Positions 57,376-64,000 of a DNA stretch of 64,000 bases are shown here, piece by piece. Source of the stretch: Minisyncoccota bacterium. Its GTDB lineage: Bacteria; Patescibacteriota; Minisyncoccia; Phycocordibacterales; SBAW01. The DNA is taken from contig JAGOUZ010000002.1 in the NCBI GenBank assembly GCA_018060985.1, positions 26,396 through 90,395 on the forward strand, written 5' to 3'. Both the position numbers and the translations under genes were made by a program. The notes under the pieces are model-generated. The model did not search any database. It worked only from the letters and a program-made list of their open reading frames with translations, and had not been told where the DNA came from. Each line of letters opens with the position of its first letter. Position 1 is the first letter of the stretch.

Positions 57376-59592
57376 CTACTCTTTTTTCGATTTTCGAGCG
57401 AAACCTCTCTGCTTTTTTTCTTCTTTCAAAATTTCGAGTGCGCGGGGGAGCTCAATCGCATACACGTCGTCGGTTTTAAGCGAGCGGAAGTCGGGCTTCG
57501 GTTTGGTGTTGTGTGCAATGTAGGGGCCAAAGCGTCCGATGTTGGCGATAATATTTTCGCCTGTATCCGGGTGCACGCCAAGTGTCTTAGGAAGTGCCAA
57601 ATATTTAAGTGCTTCTTCAAGGGTTACCTCGGTCGGTTCTTTACCTTTAGGTAGTGATGCGCGATGTGGCTTGTCTTTACCTTTTTTGCCTTTAATTACT
57701 TCGCCCACCTGTACATAGGGGCCAAAGCGTCCGGTAAGTACAAAAATTGGCTGGCCAGTTGCAGGGAAGTCGCCAATAGACTTCGGCGGCTCGTTAGAGA
57801 TTATTTCGCCAGCATCGGTGCGCGACCCCGTACATTCAGGGAAGTTGCTGCACGACATAAACTTGCCTTGGCGCGATAGCTTAAAGACCATCGATTTGCC
57901 GCAGATAGGGCAGGTAAATTCTTTTGGAGCAGGACCGAGGTCGGTAATCTTGCCGGCCTCTTTGTCTTTTTTCTTAACTTCTGCGAGGAATGGTTTATAA
58001 AAGTCGCGGAGGGTCTTTGCATACTCGCGCTTACCCTCAGCAATTTCGTCGAGCTCGTCTTCCATCTCGGCAGTAAAGGTGTCGCTAATATAGGTAGGGA
58101 AGTTTTCTTCAAGGAAGCTCGATACAACATCGCCCGTGTCAGTAGGAGTAAGGGTGCGGCCTTCTTTAGTTACGTAGCCGCGGTCGGCAAGAGTCTTCAT
58201 AATGCTTGCGTACGTTGATGGGCGGCCAATACCACGCTTTTCGAGCTCTTTAATCAGGCCCGCTTCGCTGTAGCGCTGTGGAGGGGTCGTCTGCTTTTCT
58301 TCTGCAGAAATATCTTTTACATCCAGCTCGTCGCCGCTTGTAACCTTGGGCAGTTCTACATCCTCGCCCCTCGCTGCTGGATCCCCCTTAAGCCAGCCGT
58401 CAAAAACCACTTGCGAGCCGTTAGCTGCAAATTGCGGCACCTTCTTATCCTTCGTTTCTGCCAAAATCTTAGTCTTAAGCAGTTTTGCATCTGCCATCTG
58501 TGAAGAGACCGCGCGGCGCCAAATAAGTTCGTAGAGTTTCTTTTGTTCAGGCGTTGTACCGGCTGACTCTTTTTCTACATGCGTAGGGCGGACAGCCTCG
58601 TGAGCCTCTTGCGCGCCCTTAGATTTGGCGACATAGGTGTGCGGTTGCACGTATTCTTTACCAAACTTTTTCTCTACCTGAGCCAAAATGGCCGTCTGTG
58701 CCTGCTTGGCAAGATTTGGAGAATCGGTACGCATATAGGTGATATGGCCCGCCTCGTAGAGTTTTTGTGCAATGCGCATCGTATTCGATGGGGAAAATCC
58801 AAGACGCGTTGATGCGGCCTGCTGGAGAGTCGAGGTGGTAAACGGTGCCTTTGGTACGCGCTTCATCTCGCTCTCGTTCACCTCCGCTACCGTAAGTCCG
58901 TCATTTTTAACCGCTTCTATAATAGTGTCGGCCTCTTTCTTTTCCTTCGGCTCCTCAACACAGGTGAGGTTAAGTGCTACCTTTTTAGGCGTTTCTGTCT
59001 GGGCGGTGATAACAAAGTAGGTCTCAGGTACAAAGGCACGGATCTCGCGCTCGCGTTCCATAATGATGCGGAGTGCCGGAGACTGTACGCGGCCAGCCGA
59101 GAGACCGTAGCGCACCTTCTTCCAAATCAGGCCAGAGAGGTCGTAGCCCACCAGACGGTCGAGGACGCGGCGAGCCTCCTGCGCATAGCGTAAATGTTCG
59201 TCGATAGCACGTGGGTTTTTAAGTGCCTCTGCAATAGCTTCTTTAGTGATCTCGTTAAATACAATACGATCCGGCTTTTTAAGTCCGAGCTCCTCCTTTA
59301 TATGCCACGCAATAGCCTCGCCCTCACGGTCGGGGTCGGTGGCGAGAAGTACTTCTTTAGCTTTTTTGGCGAGGCTGCTTAGCTCGTCGAGTACTTTTTC
59401 TTTGCCAGCCACCACTTCGTAGTGGGGGACAAACCCACCTTCTATATCTATAGCTTTCTTGTTGCTCTTGGGGAGGTCACGCACATGGCCAACTGATGCG
59501 CGCACAATAAAGTCGCCCGACTTGTCGATGTCGGACAAATATTTTTCGATAGTTTTCGCCTTTGCGGGCGATTCGACGATTACCAGTTTCAT
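57376..59592 (-). CDS. topA: DNA topoisomerase I
   Basis: TOPRIM start MKLVIVESPAKAKTIEKYL, active-site region, C-terminal Zn-ribbon repeats (CPICGKSM…CSNFPEC). Confidence 0.95.
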   Translation of the reverse strand: MKLVIVESPAKAKTIEKYLSDIDKSGDFIVRASVGHVRDLPKSNKKAIDIEGGFVPHYEVVAGKEKVLDELSSLAKKAKEVLLATDPDREGEAIAWHIKEELGLKKPDRIVFNEITKEAIAEALKNPRAIDEHLRYAQEARRVLDRLVGYDLSGLIWKKVRYGLSAGRVQSPALRIIMEREREIRAFVPETYFVITAQTETPKKVALNLTCVEEPKEKKEADTIIEAVKNDGLTVAEVNESEMKRVPKAPFTTSTLQQAASTRLGFSPSNTMRIAQKLYEAGHITYMRTDSPNLAKQAQTAILAQVEKKFGKEYVQPHTYVAKSKGAQEAHEAVRPTHVEKESAGTTPEQKKLYELIWRRAVSSQMADAKLLKTKILAETKDKKVPQFAANGSQVVFDGWLKGDPAARGEDVELPKVTSGDELDVKDISAEEKQTTPPQRYSEAGLIKELEKRGIGRPSTYASIMKTLADRGYVTKEGRTLTPTDTGDVVSSFLEENFPTYISDTFTAEMEDELDEIAEGKREYAKTLRDFYKPFLAEVKKKDKEAGKITDLGPAPKEFTCPICGKSMVFKLSRQGKFMSCSNFPECTGSRTDAGEIISNEPPKSIGDFPATGQPIFVLTGRFGPYVQVGEVIKGKKGKDKPHRASLPKGKEPTEVTLEEALKYLALPKTLGVHPDTGENIIANIGRFGPYIAHNTKPKPDFRSLKTDDVYAIELPRALEILKEEKKQRGFARKSKKE

Positions 59593-59639
59593 TGAGGCTA
59601 TACACTAATACACTACAAACCTACAATATGTAAAGCATA

Positions 59640-59690
59640 GCATTAAAAAGAGCGGCCCCGTTTAGCGTGTGCTAAGCGGGGCCGGGTGCT
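59640..59690 (-). terminator. Intrinsic terminator (minus) downstream of the 128-aa ORF
   Basis: Minus-strand 14-bp stem CGGCCCCGCTTAGC-acac-GCTAAACGGGGCCG followed by CTCTTTTTAAT. Confidence 0.6.
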
Positions 59691-60076
59691 CAATGTTCGG
59701 TGTACATCCGCGAGAGAAATCTCAGTTCGTCAGCAGTTATATCCTCGTTGGGTTCTGGAAACGCAGCCCCAAAAGGGGATTCTTGCTTGCGCGCGGACAC
59801 CTTTGCAATCGGGGGCGATGGCGCATCGGCTCTTCTGAGCTGTTCGTCTTGTGTCAGCGGCTCCTGGCCTATTCTGGTACGTTTCTTTGGTGTGTAGCCT
59901 GGTTGCTGTAACCGCAAGCGGTGTTTGACTGTTGCAACTTGATTGGGAGTGCTCAGGCCAAGGATAGCCTGGACCTCTTTGTCGGTGAGATGTTTATATG
60001 GACGCACCGCGTCCTCTTTTTCATTCTTCGAGAGGCTCGCCCACCATTTCGCTGCTTCTTCCCTGGATCTTTTCAC
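59690..60076 (-). CDS. Hypothetical basic protein with weak HTH-like segment, inserted between dprA and topA
   Basis: 128 aa, no TM. Segment LTDKEVQAILGLSTPNQVATVKHRL weakly resembles sigma70-r4/LuxR-type HTH but is shorter. Confidence 0.3.
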   Translation of the reverse strand: MKRSREEAAKWWASLSKNEKEDAVRPYKHLTDKEVQAILGLSTPNQVATVKHRLRLQQPGYTPKKRTRIGQEPLTQDEQLRRADAPSPPIAKVSARKQESPFGAAFPEPNEDITADELRFLSRMYTEH

Positions 60077-60151
60077 TGCACGTACTCCTGTTCTGAACGA
60101 CTACTCTCACCTTACAGAACAGGACCCACTTTGCCAACTTGGGGATTACTT

Positions 60152-61009
60152 TTAAACACGCTCAATTCTCCCCATGCGCTCGGCGATAAGCCCGCGTATA
60201 AGAAGTGATGAGAGGGCGATATTTGCATCTTGTACCGACAGCTCGGTGCGCTCTATTAGATCATCTTTAACACAGGGCTCGGTTAGAGCTTCTAAAATCG
60301 CAGATTCTATACTAGTAAGATCGGTGGGGAGAGTGTTCTGCGTGGGTTTTGCAGTGAGTCCCAGCGCTTCTAATATATCGTCGCTGCTACGCACCAGAGT
60401 GGCGCCCTCACGCAAGAGCATATTGACGCCCTTGCCGGTCTCGCGCCCAAGTTCGTGCGGGATGCCCAATACTTCTCGATTATAGTCGAGCGCAAGTCGG
60501 GCAGTTATTAGTGTTCCCGACTTTTCGCCCGCTTCTATTATTAAAGTTACCTTGCTCATGCCCGCCATAATGCGGTTGCGGGCGGGGAAGTTGTGTATCT
60601 GTGCCTTCCACGGACCCTTCTGCTCGCTAAGTAGTGCGCCACCGCGCGACAAGATACGTTTAGCGAGTGCGCGATTGCTAGCTGGGTAGATACTGCTGTC
60701 GTCGGTGCTCGATGGCAGCACTGCAACGGTGGGGAGTCCGACATCTAGAGCGGTCGTATGCGCTTGTGCATCTATGCCGAGAGCCAGGCCAGAAATGATT
60801 GCAACCGGGTAGCGGGCGAGGCCGCTAATAAGAGACGCACACATGCGACGTCCATAAGGGGTAGTAGCGCGAGAGCCAACTACGCAGAGCAAATAATAAT
60901 GCTGCGGCGGCAGTTCGCCCCGCATAAAGAGATATTTCGGCATCTGAGGAATTTCTCTGAGCAGCTCTGGGAATTCCTTAGACGTCAGTTGTCGAATAGG
61001 GAATTGCAT
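60152..61009 (-). CDS. dprA: DNA processing protein DprA (Smf)
   Basis: Rossmann-like DprA core (…VVGSRATTPYG…AIISGLALGIDAQAH…TLIIEAGEKSGTLITARLALDYNREV). dprA-topA synteny. Confidence 0.85.
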   Translation of the reverse strand: MQFPIRQLTSKEFPELLREIPQMPKYLFMRGELPPQHYYLLCVVGSRATTPYGRRMCASLISGLARYPVAIISGLALGIDAQAHTTALDVGLPTVAVLPSSTDDSSIYPASNRALAKRILSRGGALLSEQKGPWKAQIHNFPARNRIMAGMSKVTLIIEAGEKSGTLITARLALDYNREVLGIPHELGRETGKGVNMLLREGATLVRSSDDILEALGLTAKPTQNTLPTDLTSIESAILEALTEPCVKDDLIERTELSVQDANIALSSLLIRGLIAERMGRIERV

Positions 61010-61036
61010 TGTACGCTACTAGTACCCTTCTATTAT

Positions 61037-62329
61037 ATGCTCGATATTGGTTTTATCCGCGAGAATAAAGAGCTCGTAGCCGCCGCAATAAAGAACAAAA
61101 ACCGCGGCGATATTGACCTTAACCGCATTTTGAAGCTGGCTGACACTCGCAAAGAGCTTGCCGGCAAGATTTCCGATACTAACCAGGCTCGCAACGAGGC
61201 GGCTAAAAACCGCGATGCCGAGGCAGGTAAGACGCATAAGTCTATTTTAAAAGAGCTTGAAGAAAAGTACGCCGCGCTCGAGAAAGAGCTCGTTTCTCTT
61301 TTAATACAGATCCCCAACATCCCCTCGGCAGACACGCCGGTTGGCCCCGACGAGAGCGGCAATAAAATAATCCGCCAGTGGGGCGAAAAGCCTCAGTTCG
61401 ACTTTGAACCGAAGGCCCACTGGGATATTGGTAAGAATCTTGGAATTATCGACTCAGAAAAGGCAGGAGAAGTGTCTGGAGCGCGCTTTACCTACCTCAA
61501 AGGCGATCTGGCGCTAATGCAGTTTGCCATCTTGCAGTGGGTGATGAGTACACTCACCTCGCGCGAAAAGCTTGAAGGCATTGTAAAAGAGGCTGGACTC
61601 TCCGTAGACCCTAAGCCGTTTGTACCAGTAGTGCCGCCTATCATGATGCGCTCAGCGGTTATGAATCGTATGGCGCGCCTCGACCCCATTGATGAGCGCT
61701 ACTACTTTGAGAAAGATGACATGGTTTTTATTGGAAGCGCCGAGCATACGCTGGGGCCGCTGCACATGGACCAAACACTTAAAGAAGAGCAGTTGCCTAT
61801 ACGGTATGTCGGATACTCGCCCTCGTTTAGACGTGAAGCGGGAAGTTATGGCAAAGATACTAAAGGTATTTTGCGCCTGCATCAGTTCGACAAAATTGAG
61901 ATGGAGAGTTTTACCAAACCCGAGGATGGTTTAGCCGAACAGGATTTTATGGTTGCGTTGCAGGAATATTTTATGCGCGAGCTTAAGTTGCCTCACCAAG
62001 CAGTGCTTATTTGTACTGGCGACATGGGCTTCCCTGACCAGCGGCAGATTGACCTCGAGACCTGGATGCCAGGACAGAATACGTATAGAGAGACCCACAG
62101 CGCCGACTACGTGGGCGGCTTTCAGGCACGCAGGCTTAATACAAAACTAAAGCGGGCAGATGGCGAAAGTGAGCCGGTACACATGAACGACGCCACGGTG
62201 TTTGCCATGGGACGTACGCTTATTGCGATTTTGGAGAATTATCAAACAAGTGAGGGCGAGGTAGTGGTGCCAGAGGTGCTGCGACCCTATATGGGCGGCA
62301 AAGAAAAATTAGAGCGAGTGCAGGTATAA
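61037..62329 (+). CDS. serS: Seryl-tRNA synthetase
   Basis: N-terminal coiled-coil (MLDIGFIRENKELV…), class II motifs (…GARFTYLKGDLA…, FRREAGSYGKDTKGILRLHQFDKIE, …GRTLIAILENYQ). The listed ORF's 93-aa upstream extension overlaps dprA and is rejected. Confidence 0.9.
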   Translation: MLDIGFIRENKELVAAAIKNKNRGDIDLNRILKLADTRKELAGKISDTNQARNEAAKNRDAEAGKTHKSILKELEEKYAALEKELVSLLIQIPNIPSADTPVGPDESGNKIIRQWGEKPQFDFEPKAHWDIGKNLGIIDSEKAGEVSGARFTYLKGDLALMQFAILQWVMSTLTSREKLEGIVKEAGLSVDPKPFVPVVPPIMMRSAVMNRMARLDPIDERYYFEKDDMVFIGSAEHTLGPLHMDQTLKEEQLPIRYVGYSPSFRREAGSYGKDTKGILRLHQFDKIEMESFTKPEDGLAEQDFMVALQEYFMRELKLPHQAVLICTGDMGFPDQRQIDLETWMPGQNTYRETHSADYVGGFQARRLNTKLKRADGESEPVHMNDATVFAMGRTLIAILENYQTSEGEVVVPEVLRPYMGGKEKLERVQV

Positions 62330-62336
62330 TGTCGGC

Positions 62337-63158
62337 ATGGCTCGTGTAGACCTACCCCAGAGCAAACTCCGGGCACGCCGGCGTCGTCAAAAGCTTCTTA
62401 AGGCACTTGCGGTTTTTGCTATGGCGGCAGCGGCAGTTGGGCTACTGCTCGGTATTTCGTGGTTGCCGCATCTGCGGGTCACTAAAATAGAAGTGGAAGG
62501 CGCAGAAGGCTCGGCTGCTAAAACAATTGAGGCCGCGGCGATGAAATATATCTCCGGAACGTACGTATTTTTATTTCCAAAAAATAATATCCTGCTCTAT
62601 CCGAAGAAGAGTCTTACACAAAGCTTGCACGAACAATTTCCACGTTTGGCTGAGGTGCAGGTACGGGCAAACAACTTTAGAACCATAGGTATAGTCGTGC
62701 GCGTGCGCGTGCCGGAGAGCCTGTGGTGTGGCGCAGCGCCTGATACAAAAGTGCCCTGCCTGTTTATGGATGAAGACGGAGTAGCGTACGAAGCCGCCGC
62801 CCAATTTTCTGGCACCGTCTACACCGAGTACTTCGGTACAACTACCGGCTCTGCGGTACCAAAGCAGTATTTAACTCCCGAACAGTTTAGGTCGCTCACC
62901 GCGCTCGTGCAGGCATTTAAAGACAAAGAGGGGGAGAGTATTGCCCGCGTGGTGGTAGACGAGCAGGAAGATGTGCGTGCAACCTTTGATAACGGATTTA
63001 CACTCCTGTTTACCACCAAAGAAGACAGTGGCGATGTATACGAGCGTTTTTTACTTGCTAAGACAGCTGATCCGTTTAGTTCTCATGCGCTCGGCGACTT
63101 TGAGTATCTTGATCTGCGCTTTGGCGACCGTCTGTACTACAAATTGAAAGCAGAGTAA
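62337..63158 (+). CDS. FtsQ/DivIB-like cell division protein (single TM + POTRA-like domain)
   Basis: Basic N-terminus, TM (LLKALAVFAMAAAAVGLLLGI), POTRA-like …LRVTKIEVEGAEG…. Located away from ftsA/ftsZ. Confidence 0.45.
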   Translation: MARVDLPQSKLRARRRRQKLLKALAVFAMAAAAVGLLLGISWLPHLRVTKIEVEGAEGSAAKTIEAAAMKYISGTYVFLFPKNNILLYPKKSLTQSLHEQFPRLAEVQVRANNFRTIGIVVRVRVPESLWCGAAPDTKVPCLFMDEDGVAYEAAAQFSGTVYTEYFGTTTGSAVPKQYLTPEQFRSLTALVQAFKDKEGESIARVVVDEQEDVRATFDNGFTLLFTTKEDSGDVYERFLLAKTADPFSSHALGDFEYLDLRFGDRLYYKLKAE

Positions 63159-63167
63159 GGTAAAAAC

Positions 63168-64000
63168 GTGAACTTCTGGGAAACCCTGCCAAGGCCGTTT
63201 TTTGTATTGGCGCCGCTCGCAAATGTGACCGACGCGGCTTTTCGTCGTGTCATTGCCAAGTATTCTAAGCCTGCCGGTCCGCATGTCATGTACACCGAGT
63301 TTGTTGCAGCTGATGGTTTGGTGCGGGCCACCGAAGAGGGGAAGGCAAAGCTCATGCGCGACCTGGTGTTTAGCGAAGCAGAGCGGCCTATCGTGGCACA
63401 ATTTTTTACTGCCAACCCCGAGCATATGGAAAAGGCGGCAGCACTCGCGCGGGAGCTGGGCTTCGACGGCGTTGACATAAACATGGGCTGCCCTGACCGC
63501 TCGATAGAAAAGCAGGGGGCAGGCGCAAAACTTATTTTGAATCCTACTTTGGCGCGGGAGCTTGTGGCTGCAGCAAAGCGAGGTGCGGGGGATCTACCGG
63601 TTTCTGTTAAGACTCGTCTTGGCTACAACAAAGATATATTGGATGAATGGCTGCCGGAGATTCTTAAAGCAGAGCCAGTGGTGCTTATCTTGCATGCGCG
63701 TACCCGCAAAGAGATGTCTAAAGTGGACGCACATTGGGATCGCGTTAAACGAGCGGTAGAAATTAGAAACGAACTTGGGAGCAAAACGCTCATTGTCGGT
63801 AACGGCGATGTAAAAAATTTAGATGATGCCCGCCAAAAGGCTGCAGAATCTGGAGCAGACGGCATAATGCTCGGTCGAGCTATTTTCGGCACGCCGTGGC
63901 TATTTAATCCTGCGTCGGAACTTGCTCCGCCGAGTAGCAGTATCGGAAAAGTCCTCGGGTCTCCTGTACTGCCCGAAAGCGGGCAGTCAGGCCAGACTAT
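63168..64000 (+). CDS. dus: tRNA-dihydrouridine synthase (partial, 3' end beyond window)
   Basis: GTG start; FFVLAPLANVTDAAFRR…FDGVDINMGCPDRSIEKQGAGAKL…VSVKTRLG matches the Dus TIM-barrel. Confidence 0.85.
   Translation, partial: MNFWETLPRPFFVLAPLANVTDAAFRRVIAKYSKPAGPHVMYTEFVAADGLVRATEEGKAKLMRDLVFSEAERPIVAQFFTANPEHMEKAAALARELGFDGVDINMGCPDRSIEKQGAGAKLILNPTLARELVAAAKRGAGDLPVSVKTRLGYNKDILDEWLPEILKAEPVVLILHARTRKEMSKVDAHWDRVKRAVEIRNELGSKTLIVGNGDVKNLDDARQKAAESGADGIMLGRAIFGTPWLFNPASELAPPSSSIGKVLGSPVLPESGQSGQT

Noticed and set aside
60758-61036. 93-codon N-terminal extension of the serS ORF
   Set aside because: It overlaps the dprA gene on the opposite strand. The SerS homology begins at MLDIGFIREN (61037).

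Overview
This is a dense bacterial chromosomal window: about 60 protein genes, 13 tRNAs and several clear intrinsic terminators. Most of it is housekeeping. Recognised genes include murJ, lepA, valS, tsaD, trxB, ftsZ/ftsA, ybeY, rpsU, lepB, pth, rpsA, gyrA, rbfA, infB, glmS, clpB, rpmG, miaA, pyrE/pyrF, parB, rel, topA, dprA and serS, plus ftsQ-like and dus genes. Several traits suggest a small-genome monoderm, possibly a CPR/Patescibacteria (Saccharibacteria-like) episymbiont; this is an inference from the sequence only. The traits are short IF-2, ValRS and S1 proteins, scattered single tRNAs, a sortase, many peptidoglycan hydrolases, and a family of small two-TM proteins resembling TrbC/VirB2-type T4SS pilins. 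Five things stand out against this background. (1) A GC-rich ~1.4 kb islet (26.65-28.0 kb) on the minus strand holds three independent promoter-SD-small ORF-terminator units; two of the peptides (41 and 47 aa) share an N-terminus. (2) An orphan ABC-type substrate-binding protein gene is translationally coupled (ATGA overlaps) to a tandem array of four pilin-like genes (33.1-35.8 kb). (3) Two tandem paralogous genes have the same pilin-like two-TM N-terminus but different C-terminal peptidoglycan hydrolase domains (48.3-50.5 kb): one a LAS/M23-M15-like Zn peptidase, the other an SLT lytic transglycosylase. Their N-terminal regions form a ~290 nt near-identical DNA repeat. (4) A sortase is preceded by a 72-aa minimal substrate with a VPETG sorting signal. 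(5) There are compositionally foreign GC-rich genes: glmS, and an NfeD/SPFH pair next to a cluster of four tRNAs. No CRISPR array, rRNA or obvious transposase was found.
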